From contig NW_026262668.1 of the NCBI RefSeq assembly GCF_021869535.1, positions 74,028,001 through 74,092,000 of the forward strand: 64,000 nt of DNA. Reading direction: 5' to 3'. The DNA is from Mytilus californianus (Eukaryota). Of this stretch, positions 51,472 to 64,000 are shown in pieces. The first letter of the stretch is position 1. Every line of letters starts with the position of its first letter. The notes under the pieces are model-generated. The model was not told where the DNA came from. It did no database searches and worked only from the letters and a program-made list of their open reading frames with translations. A program made the translations under genes and the position numbers.

Positions 51472-52412
51472 ATAAGAAGATGTGGTATAAGTGCCAATGA
51501 GACATCTCTCCATCCAAGTCAAAATCTATAAAAGTAAACCATTATAGGTCACAGTACGGTCTTCAACACGGAGCCTTGGCTCACACCGAACAGTAAGCTA
51601 TAAAGGGTCCCAAAAATTACTAGTGTAAACCATTCAAACGGAAAAACCAACGGTCTAATCTATATAAAAAACGAGAAACGAGAAACACTTATGAACCACA
51701 TCAACAAACGACAACTACTGAACATCAGGTTCCTGACTTAGGACAGGTGCAAACAAATGCAGCGGGTTTAAACGTTTTAATGGTACCAAACCTTCACCCT
51801 TTTTCTGAAACAATAGTGTAACATCACAACATAGAAAAACACACTATAAAATATCAACTGAAGTAGCTTAACTCAATCAAAGGACATATTAACACCAGTG
51901 AACATACACTGAACAAATAAATTTGACCTATGATACAATGTAAATACAAAATAAATAAACTAAGGGACGAATAATAAAAGTAACATGTTATATCGGTATG
52001 AAATGTTAAACAATTTAAGAAAAACAATATGCTCGAACAAAAATATCAGCCATTTGAAATTATTTTAAACATAGGTAAATGAAAATAATTTTGTTGTTAG
52101 GTATACGTGTACAGTTCCAATAGAGAAAGGAAATATTTTTACAAAATAAATAATTTTGATGTTCATAGTACGAAGTGAAAATTTATAGTAATACCGAACA
52201 CTTATCAAAGCTGGTGTATAGACCAGATATAACCCTGAATAACATTAAATAACAAAAAAGCATTACAATTAGTATCAACAGGTCAAATAAACAAGAAAGT
52301 ACGATTTGGGAGTACTCGCAGTTACTGACAGCTAGTTAAAAGCCAAAACAATTAATAATAAAAAATCATGCATCAGAGACTAAAATCAACTAAAACACAT
52401 CCCAAAGATTTA
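51472..52412 (+). repeat. Interspersed repeat family 'R1', long copy
   Basis: AAGAAGATGTGGTATAAGTGCCAATGAGAC..CACGGAGCCTTGGCTCAC..GACTTAGGACAGGTGC, with high similarity to the copies at 57503 and 63219. Confidence 0.75.
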
Positions 52413-53079
52413 GTATGTCTAGAATGTAGTATAGAATTATGTAGCTATGTTGAGACATTACAGGAAAAAACACAAAATCAATCAACCATATCCACCGAGC
52501 AGTCATCCGTAAACAACGCCGCCGGGTCGGGAGGAGGAAGAGGAGGAGGAAGAGGAGGAGGATTGACGTATATAAAAGAACTCTAAATATATCTTTCTAT
52601 TTGGAACCTTCGTACAATGAAGATGGATCGTGGGAGTAGTTTTTGTATACCAAATATTACAATCCGTCTAATCCGTGTGATTTTGAGAGTCATGCACGAA
52701 AGATAGGATACTGTTGGCGCTTTCGTGAGGTTGAAGATCCTGTTGGGTGATAGATGACACTCTTATTCTTTTTTCTACATGTATAAACTATAAGGCTAGG
52801 GTTTTATAATTGTAAAGACAACATTTGGATGGCTCTCCTATCCGTGTTTGTCTAAATTGACGGGGATATTAAATAATATATTAATCTAACATGTTTTGTC
52901 ATTCAACTATAAGCATACTAAACAAAAACTACACATAACGATTATATAATCTAAACAATTTTTAATAAATATAGAACACACAGTCGTAAAAACATATTGG
53001 GTAACCTCTTGCTCATATTTACATGGATACAACCTTAAATCGATACACACACACACACGAAAGGTGATAAACACCAGTA

Positions 53080-53402
53080 CATCATTTATCAATAACACCA
53101 ATTAATAAGTCTCAAAATACCTAAAAATTACGTCATAGAATTAGCCTCACATCGGGAGGCTACCTCTCAGGAGGTTACCTTTTCCCCATAGGGTTTACAA
53201 TAGACAAAATGGCCCAGAACTCCCAATTCCCCACTACTATTTGCCATTAAATTTAATGTTAAGCTCTTAAAAAAGATTTTTGCGCTTTGCTCGACAAAAA
53301 AATTAATAATTTGATGCGTACGCGCAACGAAAAAAAGTCCGAATGAAAACAAAACAATAACCTCCTCCCCCTCCCCCACTCACAGTTAAATGGTCGTTCC
53401 CT
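53080..53402. repeat. Partial MITE-like repeat end
   Basis: C-rich tract followed by GTTAAATGGTCGTTCCCTT, a terminus style I recall from bivalve MITEs. Partner end not found. Confidence 0.3.
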
Positions 53403-53999
53403 TCTTGTATTCAACTGAAAAAATATAAACATAATTAAATATTTTTAAGTTACGAACTGAGCAAAGACCTGAGACATTCGAAAAAGGGTTGAGGTGACAT
53501 CCGATCTCCCCCGTAGTATAAGTGATAACAAAAAATGGATTTAATTACTCAATTGTCTGACATAATGTCGGTACATATTCTTAAAATCCTTTCAGTATCT
53601 GTGCACAATTTTATTATTAATCTACCGTACGACGTAAGATCAAGTAATAAGATTAATATTAGACTGACGATTTTTTACATTTGCACAGACATAGGTGCAA
53701 AGCAGATTTGGTATCACAAATATAACATGTGAAAGAAATCCTTTCTTGTGTATTTATGAATTTTATTTTTGATGTTTAGATTTGACCAGCAATAGCGCAG
53801 GATTATCTTTTTTAGTGATTTGCGAGTTCTGAATTTTGAATTTTTGAATATTGAATTTCGAATTCTGAAATATGAATGATCCTCGGCTTTCGGAAAATTA
53901 TACTTGTACGAAGTGTGTTATTTTCCTTGATTATCAGCTATTTTTGTAGACTTGAATGGTAATCGTGTTTGTGTGTCATGTCGACTTACAATTTAACAA

Positions 54000-54455
54000 T
54001 ATCAATTCTTATACTTCACGTTAAAATGCCAGATTTTGATTGGCTAATACGAGGGAGATAATTTATTCTATCCCATGGCTCAGCGGGAGACAATTTTTTG
54101 AATGTCACACTCTCGTGCAGACCAATCAAAAATTGATAGTTTACAGGACAATGAATAGAATTTAATAGTAAAGACGATGCTCAAGTTCTACTTTTTGGCC
54201 TCAGAGCTTTTTTCATTTACATATATTGCCAAAATAAAAGATACATCTTGCTTGACTTTTGTTGATTTCTAATAACTGTAAGGTTGTTATGCACATGACG
54301 TTATAAGTACTTTCAATTTAAAATTAATAGACAATAATGATATAATATTCAGTATAATAAATTAAATAACAAATAGCTGAGAGGGTGATAGAGCAGATTC
54401 GTACCCTCGAAAAAACATTGTCAACCTTGGCTTCGCCTCGGTTGACAATGTTTTC
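54000..54455. repeat. Non-autonomous repeat ending in a GCGAAGC-type hairpin
   Basis: Perfect 15-bp stem AAAACATTGTCAACC / GGTTGACAATGTTTT (54412-54454) around TTGGCTTCGCCTC. Abuts the start of the duplicated NRT2 intron/exon block. Confidence 0.5.
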
Positions 54456-54708
54456 ACACATCGTATTCTGATAGCCTAAAATAGTATAATCAGAAAAAAA
54501 AACTATTTTCCCGTCAACGTTAATTATACCTTAATTGACACTGTAATTGAGATCCAATTTTGTACGAGTAATTTACCCTATGAGGGACATAGAATTTCAT
54601 TGACAATGTAGAATTAGCGGAAAGAGTTAATTTATCTGTTCGTATTCATGCATTAGCAACCTTTAGGTTTTTATCAGATTTTTCAATAACATTTATCTTT
54701 TGTTAAGC

Positions 54709-55123
54709 TTTGGAGTGGAAATTGCTACGAACACAGTTTTTAACTTGTATATTCTATATACGTTTAAAATTGAAGGATGCAATGAAACCAAGACTGAAAT
54801 TAAAATAAGCAATGGAGTCAGCAATGGCGTCAGCAATGCAAGCCAGATTGACACATTTGATAGAAATGACTTTTAAATAAAAATACAACCAGTTTGATTA
54901 CATCATTGTTACCAATTATGTTTAGCGGGTGAGGGAGTGATGCTGATAATTCTCAGCCAGATGACATCAATTCCTTCGGCCATTGTCACATTAATCATGT
55001 GTAGTGTGCTTGTACAAGCTTCCGAAGGAACAACATATTCTCTTGTTCCCTATGTTAACAACCAAAGCGTAGGGGTAATTGCTGGACTGGTTGGTGCTGG
55101 AGTCAACACTGGTGTCATTATAT
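54709..55123 (+). pseudogene. NRT2 pseudogene fragment D (internal part of last exon)
   Basis: FGVEIATNTV.NLY..KIEGCNETK..SNGVSNGVSNAS..; TM8-9 largely deleted; then GEGVMLIILSQMTSIPSAI..VQASEGTTYSLVPYVN..GLVGAGVNTG. The exon 5' end and the C-terminus are missing. Confidence 0.93.
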
Positions 55124-57502
55124 ATGAGCTTGTTTTGCTATATGATATAAAAACAAAATTGACGAAAAAAGGTCATTTACATAAAATCGTAAAATGCAAA
55201 AAATACATTTTGCAAATAAAACATTTGACATAAAAGTTCATAATTGATATGAAATTATAATACATAATTGATACGAAATTACATCAAGTAAAATCATATT
55301 AATTGAATAAATGACAAAGAATAGCAAAGGTGGGGAGAAAAATCTGCCACAAATCCACTTTTAGATTGAAAAAGTGGATCTATTCTGACTTAGATCAGAG
55401 TAAGTGCCAGCTTGACAATTTTTATTTATTCTTATAAGTACTTTGACAAATGAAGATAAAATGGATGCATTCGACAGATATGATTTATATACGTGTATTA
55501 TTTGCGTTGCAACAAATGCAGTCACAAAATGTTTATATAGAAAAGAGATTATAGTTATTTTGTGCAGTTTTAAAACAAAGTTCACTAGTGGAGTAGGAAC
55601 TGCTGACTTATCTTGGACACCTGAGTTCAATCGCGATTTTTTGTGAGGTTTTTGTTGCTCAATCTATGTGTTTGGTGGACTGTTTTTTCCGTTTGAATTT
55701 TTGGTCATAGTTGTATCTAATTTTCTTCGACTGATGATTTTTGATTGGCCCCTTTGTATCTTCTCCCTCGTTTAAATAATTAAGAAGCTACTCGGAATAA
55801 TACGCAGCTCGTCGGCAATGTCTTAGTCTTCAATCATCAGGTTTTAAGAAAATGCGTATTCTTTAGGAACAGTCATCAAAATTTTGAATGTGTTTGAAAT
55901 GTTTGAAATTTTAAAAGGGTTTCCTTTGATCTTTTAAGACACATACCTTTCAAACATTCTATTTAAATTACTTTGAAGGTAATATTTTTAAGGTAACAGT
56001 TGTGTTGCAGTCCATCAGAATTACATGCCCTTTTCAAACGTAATTTCCTTGTAGAAATTTGTGCCAGATATAAATTTATAGATCATGTAGAGGTCGTCTT
56101 AAACTTGCCGAGAGGTGATAATTGTTGCTCAATGTTTAAGTGCACATTGCTGTTAAATAAACACATATTGATGCTGACGTTAAAATTAGATACAAATCAT
56201 ATAACTAGACAGAGAATACGAAAAAATAAGTAAAATACCATTATCAAAAAATATTTTTCCGCTAACCGAGTCTCTGTGACTTGACCTATTTATTACATGC
56301 CTGATCTAGTAAGTGTATAAATATAAATCAGGACGTTAATTTCCTCGTTTTAATTGTCATTTCGGGGCCTTTTATAGCTTATTATGTGGTATTGGTTTTG
56401 CTCATTGTTGAAGGCTGTACAGTGACCTATTGTTGTTATCTTTCTATGTAATTTTGTTTCTGATGGAGAGTTGTCTGATTGGCATTCATACCACATTTTC
56501 TTATTTTTATATAACGTCATTATTGATATCTCGTTCTTTTTTTTATAAATAATTAAACTTTCTCTAAGTTCACAATACAATTGTAAGTGATGTTTTCAAA
56601 CTTTATTAATATTTTAAATTTCCACTTGTACATTTGTCTATATTGCCGAATATTATTTCCTTTATAGGGCCATCGTAAAAAGCGAGGTTCATATTCTCTA
56701 TTGTAAAATCAATTCATTTGTCAATTGTAATTTTGCGAATATAGTTTTTATTTCAGTTATTAATGGATACATCTTTTTACAGTTCTAAGACAAATGAGTT
56801 TGTGTTTCAAGGTACTGTTTGCAGAAATAGCAGTTACCTTGAACCAAGGAATGCTCAAATTGATGTAGTCAAGATTCGGTGTAAATAATGATATGTATGG
56901 ACTTCAATTTGTGTTCACACATTATAATTTGTATATCTAGATTTCTTAAATTACTCTCAAACCGAGTTCCAAACAATACTTAGAGCAAAATCAGTTTCCC
57001 TTTTTAAATGTGCCTTCCGTATGGTATTTTGATTAAGTGCTTGTTGAATATCTTTTTGTTTTAATTTTTGGTTATGTTATCGTAATACCTGAAATTATGT
57101 ACAGATCTAATTTGTTTAATGTAATTATAAAATTTGACCTGCTAACTCGTGAAAATGTTAATACCCCCTAGTATATCTATATATATTTTATGTAGTTCAT
57201 AAAATCTAGTTTTTAGTATTATTTTCTTATTAACCTAGATGTAGATTATGTTATATATCATAACAGATTTATTAGTATGTCAGCTTTAAAAATGTCTAAA
57301 TAGACAGCCTTCATTACTTAGAAGATGTAATATACTTTAAACTGGCTATAGTTCATACTAAAGTGTTATACTTTATAAATGTTTAAAAAAACAAAAACAT
57401 TAAAATATAGAATTAAACCCCATGGTTAAAAGAGTTGACATGACCCAAGATTCATAAAACTAGTCTTTATAATACATTTTATCTTAAAAGAGTATAAATA
57501 AA

Positions 57503-58204
57503 AATAAGAAGATGTGGTATAAGTGCCAATGAGACAACTCTCCATTTAAGTCACAATGTGTATAAAGTAAACAATTATAGGTCAAAGTACGGCCTTCAAC
57601 ACGGAGCCTTGGCTCACCCCGAACATCAAGCTATAAAGGGCCCCAAAATGACTAGTGTAAAACAATTCAAACAGGAAAACCAACGGTCTAATCTATATAA
57701 AAACGAGAAACGAGAAAAACTTATGAACAACACCAACAAAAGAAAACCACTGAAAAACAGGCTCCTGACTTAGGACAGGTGCATACAAATGCAGTAGGTT
57801 TAAACGTTTTAACAGGCGCAAACCTTCACCCTAACCTGAAACAGTAGTGTAACATTACAACATAAAAAGACACACTATAAAATATCAATATCAACTGAAA
57901 TAGCTTTACTCGATCAAAAAGACATATAAACAAAAACAAGTAAACATACACTGAACGAATAAGTTTGATCTATGACACCAATATAAATACAATATTAATA
58001 AAAAAGATATAGAACAATGTTAAAAAGACAACTTTAAACTGGGACAAAATGGCGTTAAATAAAGTAACGTACACTGGTAAATTTAAATATAAAAAAATTG
58101 TTGTTAGGAGTACGGAAACATTTTTTACGAAATAGATAAATTTGTTGTTCACAGTACGAGTACAGAAGAGAAAATTTATCGTCATACTAAATACTTATCA
58201 AAGG
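57503..58204 (+). repeat. Interspersed repeat family 'R1' (inside copy X)
   Basis: Matches the copies at 51472 and 63219. Confidence 0.75.
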
Positions 58205-58205
58205 T

Positions 58206-58510
58206 TACCACAGACAAACAATAGTACACAAAACACAACACAGAAAATAAAGACTGAGCAACACGAACCCCACCAAAACTGGGGGAGTTCAGGTGCTCCG
58301 GAAGGGTAATCAGATCCTGCTCCACATGTGGCACCCGTCGTGTTGCTCATGTTTATAGTACAAACCCGGTAATAGGTCTAATTCGGTTGGCAACATTCGG
58401 GAAAAGGGGACGGGATTGTAGTAACGACATTAGGAACATATCCGTTATCATCTGTGAAACGGATATTCCGTAACGGGCAACCAACTCGTGATGGCGTCCG
58501 TAAAATTTAC
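58206..58510 (-). mobile_element. Penelope-like element 3' fragment
   Basis: The minus strand reads KFYGRHHELVARYGISVSQMIT, the RT C-terminus homologous to the end of the 29.7/39.8-kb fragments, followed by a non-coding tail (..GGGGTTCGTGTTGCTCAGTCTTTA..). Confidence 0.7.
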
Positions 58511-59259
58511 TAGTCCGACTCAATTCACATTTCTCGGTATCATTCTTCGTTGGATTCTTAAATTCGTGGTTTGCTGTGACCCACGAAACCCACGAAAATT
58601 GTTATACCACGAATAAAAATAAATCCACAGTATTCAAAATTTGTGTTAAGAACATTGTGAACGGACATAGTGTATATTCGATGTAGTTTGCTATTTACTA
58701 CATGTTACACCATTTTGTTATTCCTTTTCGATCCGTTGAAAATTTCGTTGAAATGCTTAACAGATATTTATTTTTGCGATTTTAGAATAAACACCTTTTT
58801 TTTTTAACATTTTCATAGAAACGATTTTTTTAAATTTAAATGTTCATGGTTAATTTCGTTTCCCTGAAGTTCAAAGTGAAAACTCGAATATATGGGATTT
58901 ATTAATTAAAAACAGCTACAGTAACATCTATACATCGCGTTTTCAAATTCCTACAGAAAATCGATCGGTTGTTGTTGACATGATACATAAATTGGTTCTG
59001 TTTTGCTTAACAACTGTTAATGTATATAAATATTTCAAAAAATACCCAGTTTGCTCTAAAGAAAACCAGTCCATCTTATACCGGCGGAAAGGCTTTTCTT
59101 TCATATTTACAAAGATACATTTCTAATACGACATTTCGAGTTACAATTTCAAATCTCATTATGTACAGTCTGTTTGATCAATCATTAATTTTACTTTTTT
59201 TTAAAAGACGATATCTAGGCAAACTTTATCTTTTTTTTTTAATAATCTGCAAAAAGATA

Positions 59260-60200
59260 ATTTCTTTCAAATGTGACGTCATCAGACATGGTCGCCTTTA
59301 TCTGTAGAGAAATCATAGGAAAGCAAAACAATTTGACGTCATAATTGAATTTTGACTAATGAATGAAGGAAAAAAAGCCAAGCATTACCGATTCTTGCAC
59401 TTTATCGATTGTGATACGATATTTCTCCTCTCGAGATTTTTTCTTAATTTAAATCCCTAGTCTTGTTGAGCTTTTAAACATGTAAAATTAATTTTCGAGA
59501 AAGGAGAATTATCGTCATGCACGAGATTCAATGATGGAATCTGTATCTCTAATGATTTATAGGCAATGAAAAACATATAGACATACTTCATTTTTCTTTT
59601 TCAATGATCTGCAAAAAAGATATGTTCTCTCTTTCGGACGTTAACAAGTATGATCGCTTTATTTTCTGGCATAAAAAATAGTAAATTCGGAGAAATGCAA
59701 GAAAATTTGACTACATAATTGAATTTCTACCAATGACGAACTCAGATCAAACGAAGCACACGTTGATAAAAAAAAATCAACCGACCGGGCAAAGTATAAA
59801 TCATTTAAAATTAGATAAATGTAGATTATACCACTTCATCGAGTGTGATACGAAATTTGTTCAAACCTTGCCGCGCGTTTTGAATATTTCAATTTTAATT
59901 GTTAACAGTGGATAAATACTGTACTGCATAAGTTCCGTTGGTTGGATCAGTTCCTCTCATTATTTTTTCGAAGGTAGGTAGACAAAATTTATCTCTCTCT
60001 TTTTATAATAATCAGCAAAAAAATGTGTTCGTCATGATAGCAAATTCAGGGTAAAGCAAGAAAATTTGACGTCATAAGTGAATTTTGACCGATCAAAAAC
60101 TGAGATCAAACGAACCAACATTGATTTAATATAGATTCTACCACTGCATCGAGTGTGATACGATATTTTGCAACTCGAGACAGTTAAATCTTCAAATTTA
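59260..60200 (+). repeat. Diverged ~360-375-bp tandem triplication
   Basis: AATTTGAC(GT/TA)CATAA(T/G)TGAATTT recurs at ~59330, ~59706 and ~60064; GTGATACGA at ~59412, ~59846 and ~60155. Confidence 0.55.
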
Positions 60201-60796
60201 AAGTTTGAAAAACCTAGCTCTCCTTGATTTATGGAAATAACATATCAAGAAAATTTACATGCAATAGTTTGAATTTTGATTAATTGATTGATTGATATTT
60301 CTATACCGGCATCTCAACCTATTATAAGTATATTATGTCCAACTAAGTTCAGAAACCTTCTAACTAAGTGAACGTACTGGCAACAAAAAAAAGTTTTTGT
60401 TAATAAGGGAAAGATCCTAATTGTCTTGGACTCTTGTTGAAGACGTCCAAGTAATACAGATATAAACATGGCTATAATCATTTATTTTCAAATCTACAGA
60501 TTTATTTTTGTCCAATGCTCAACTTTTATTAAAAAATCATCTAAATCACATCGTATTTTGATAACCTAAAATAGTATAATCAGAAAAAAACTATTTTCCT
60601 GTCAACGTTAATTATACCTTACTTGACACTGTAATTGAGATCCAACTTTGTACGAGTAATTTACCCTATGAGGGACATAGAATTTCATTGACAATGTAGA
60701 ATTTGCGGAAAGAGTTAATTTATCTGTTCGTAATCGTGCATTAGCAACCTTTAGGTTTTTATCACATCTTTAAATAACATTTATCTTTTGTTAAAC

Positions 60797-61148
60797 TTTG
60801 GAGTGGAAATTGCGACGATTACAGTTTTAAACGTGTATCTTCTATATACGTTTAAAATTGAAGGATGCAATGAAACCAAGACTGAAGTTAAAATTAGCAA
60901 TGGAGTCAGCAATGGAGTCAGCAATGCAAGCCAGATTGACACATTTGATAGAAATGAGGGAGTGATGCTGATAATTCTCAGCCAGATTACATCAATTCCA
61001 TCGGCCATTGTCACATTAATCATGTGTAGTGTGCTTGTACAAGCTTCCGAAGGAACAACATATTCTCTTGTTCCCTATGTTAACAAGCAAAGCCTAGCGG
61101 TAATTACTGGACTGGTTGGTGCTGGAGCCAACACTGGTGTCATTATAT
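60797..61148 (+). pseudogene. NRT2 pseudogene fragment E (last exon, larger in-frame deletion)
   Basis: ORF 60788-61186: FGVEIATITVLNVY..DTFDRNE|GVMLIILSQ..VQASEG..GLVGAGANTG, with TM8-9 deleted. Confidence 0.93.
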
Positions 61149-63218
61149 ATGAGCTTGTTTTGCTATATGATATAAAACAAAATTGACGAAAAAAGGTCAT
61201 TTACATAAAATCGTAAAATGCAAAAAATACATTTTGCAAATAAAACATTTGACATAAAAGTTCATAATTGATATGAAATTATAATACATAATTGATACGA
61301 AATTACATCAAGTAAAATCATATTTTTTGATAATTTTTATTTATTCTTATATGTACTTTGACAAATGAAGATAAAATGAATGCATTCGACATATATAATT
61401 TATATACGTGTATTATTTGCGTTGCAACAAATACAGTCACAAAATGTTTATATAGAAAAGAAAGAGAAAATATTTTTTTTTTGCAGTTTTGAAACGAATT
61501 TCACTAGTGGAGTAGGAACTTCTGACTTATCTCGGACACCTGAGTTCAATCGCGATTTTTTGTGAGGTTTTTGTTTCTCAATCTATGTGTGTTGTGGTAT
61601 TATTTTTAAGGTAACCGTTGTGTTGCAGTCAATCAGAATTACATGCCCTTTTCAGACGTAATTTCCTTGTAGAAATTTGTGCCAGATATAAAATTATCAT
61701 TCATTGTGTTACCAAGCCTGTATATGTGGTGTTCAATGCGCAAATTAACGTGATCGACATAGAGCATAGTATTTTGCTCAAATCTGTGCTAGAAGTCGTC
61801 TTTAACTTGCCGTGAGGTGATAATTGTTGCTCAATGTTTAAGTGCACATTGTTTTTAAATATACAAATATTGGTGCTGACGTTAAAATTAGATAGAAATC
61901 ATATAACTAGACAGAAAATACGAAAAATAAGTAAAATACCATTATTAAAAAATATTTTTCCACTGTGACTTGACCTATTTATTACATACCTATTCTAGTA
62001 AGTGTATAAGTATAAATCAGGACGTTAGTTGCCTCGTTTTAATTGTTATTTCTTTTATAGCTTATCATGCGGTATGGGATTTGCTCATTGTTGAAGGCTG
62101 TACAGTGACCTTTTGTTGTTTACTTCTATGTAATTTTGTTTCTGATGGAGAGTTGTCTCATTGGCAATCATATCACATTTTCTTATTTTTATATAACGTC
62201 ATTATTGATATCTCGTTCTTTTTTTTTATAAATAATTAAACTTTCTCTAGGTTCACAATACAATTGTAAGTGATGTTTTCAAACTTAATTAATTTTTTTT
62301 AAATTTCCACATTGTCCATTTGTCTATATTGCCGAATATTATTTCCTTTCTAGGGCCGTCGTATTAAGCGAGGTTCATATTCTCTATTGTAAAACCAATT
62401 CATTTGTCAATTGTACTTTTGCGAATATAGTTTTTATTTCAGTTATTAATGGTTACATCTTTTTACAGTTCTAAAACAGATGAGTTTGTGTTTCAAGGTA
62501 CTGTTTGCAGACATAGCAGTTACCTTGAACCAAGGAATGCTCAAACTGATGTAGTCAAGATTCGGTGTAAATAATATTATGTATGGACGTCAATTGGAAT
62601 TCACACATTATAATTTGTATATCAAGATTTCTTAAATTACCCTCAAACCGAGTTCCAGACAATACTTAGAGCAAAATCAGTTTCCTTTTTTAAATGTGCC
62701 TTCGGTATGGTATTTTGATTAAGTGCTTGTTGAATATCTTTCGGTTTTAATTTTAGGTTATGTTATCGTAATACCTGAAATTATGTACAGATCTTATTTG
62801 TTTAATGTAATTGAAAAATTGACCTGCTAATTCGTTAAAATGTTAATACCCCCTTAGTACATCTATATATATTTTAGGTATTACAAAAAATTCTAGTTTT
62901 CAGTATTGTTTTCTTCGTACAAGGTGTATATTTTTTTCTTATTTACCTAGATGTAGGTAATATAATATGTGACAAGAGATTTATTAGGCTGTCAGATTTT
63001 AATCGCCAGAAAAATGTCTAAATAGACAGCCTTCATTACTTTAGAGCATGTAATATGCTTTAAACTGGCTATAGTTCATACTAAAGTGTTATACTGTATT
63101 AATGTTTAAAAAACAAAAACATTAAAATATAGAATGAAACCCCATGGTTAAAAGAGTGAACCAAGATTCATAAAACTATTCTTTATGACACATTTTATCT
63201 TAAAAGAGAATAAATATA

Positions 63219-63910
63219 AATAAGAAGATGTGGTATGAGTGCCAAAGAGCATCTCAATCTAAGTCACAATGTGTAAAAAGTAAACAATTATAGGTCAAAG
63301 TACGGCCTTCAACACGGAGCCTTGGCTCACCCCGAACATCAAGCTATAAAGGGCCCCAAAATGACTAGTGTAAAACAATTCAAACAGGAAAACCAACGGT
63401 CTAATCTATATAAAAACGAAAAACGAGAACCACTTATGAACCACACCAACAAAAGACAACCACTGAAAAACAGGCTCCTGACTTAGGACAGGTGCATACA
63501 AATGCAGCGGGTTTAAACGTTTTAACAGGCGCAAACCTTCACCCTAACCTGAAACAGTAGTGTAACATTACAACATAAAAAGACACACTATAAAATGTCA
63601 ATTGAAATGGCTTTACTCGAACAAAAAGTTATATAAACAAAAACAAATAATCATACACTGAACGAATAAGTTTGATCTATGACACAATATAAATACAATA
63701 TTAATAAAAAAGATATAGAACAATGTCAAAAAGACAACTTTAAACTGGGACAAAATAGCGTTAAATAAAGTAACGTAAACAGGTAAATTTAAATATAATA
63801 ATTTGTTGTTAAGAGTACGGAAACATATTTTACAAAATAAATAAATTTGTTGTTCACAGTACGAGTACAGAAGTGAAAATTTATCGTCATACTAAATACT
63901 TATCAAAGGT
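63219..63910 (+). repeat. Interspersed repeat family 'R1' (inside copy Y)
   Basis: Matches the copies at 51472 and 57503. Confidence 0.75.
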
Positions 63911-64000
63911 GGTACATATTAAAAATAGTGAGACGAGATAAAATAAGGATAGTTACGATTTAACCTTATAATAAATATGTATCATGTTATATATAGATTA

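Larger units (their letters stand above)
54456..58204 (+). repeat. Second segmental duplication, copy X (NRT2 last intron/exon plus 3' flank)
   Basis: Colinear with 60546-63910 from CACATCGTATT..ACCTAAAATAGTATAATCAG to TACTTATCAAAGG. Parts also match, inverted, the intact gene's intron (17160-17400) and 3' flank (15340-15730). Confidence 0.9.
60546..63910 (+). repeat. Second segmental duplication, copy Y
   Basis: Colinear with 54456-58204, with indels. Extra upstream homology to the intact gene's intron (inverted 17400-17540) at ~60390-60545 is absent from copy X. Confidence 0.9.

Noticed and set aside
52368-52586. 72-aa ORF with RGG-like GGGRGGGRGGG repeat
   Set aside because: Begins in the R1 repeat tail; the alternative frame (C2H2 plus poly-Glu) is more plausible.

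Overview
AT-rich, repeat-dense eukaryotic DNA with spliceosomal introns. The interspersed repeat families resemble those I recall from mytilid mussels (Mytilus-like bivalve); this assignment is an inference. The only intact host gene I can support is a minus-strand, 3-coding-exon NRT2/NNP-family (NarK-like MFS) nitrate/nitrite transporter: CDS 20230-19591, 18949-18848 and 16669-15843, 1569 nt, 522 aa. This family typifies nitrate-assimilating plants, algae, fungi and bacteria rather than animals. A decayed, inverted (head-to-head) paralog lies on the plus strand. Its first coding exon is present twice (30.9 and 41.1 kb) inside an 8.3/10.9-kb tandem duplication, and its last exon is present twice (54.7 and 60.8 kb) inside a second duplication. 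Transposon fossils make up the rest: a full-length but dead AcademX-like transposon with TIRs, an XPG/FEN-like nuclease and an intron (1.55-7.64 kb), a BEL/Pao remnant, Penelope-like RT fragments, a Polinton/adintovirus-like protein-primed DNA polymerase B relic (49.1-51.4 kb), several MITEs and hairpin-bearing repeats. All alignments were done by eye. Repeat boundaries are approximate unless a TIR or TSD is quoted.
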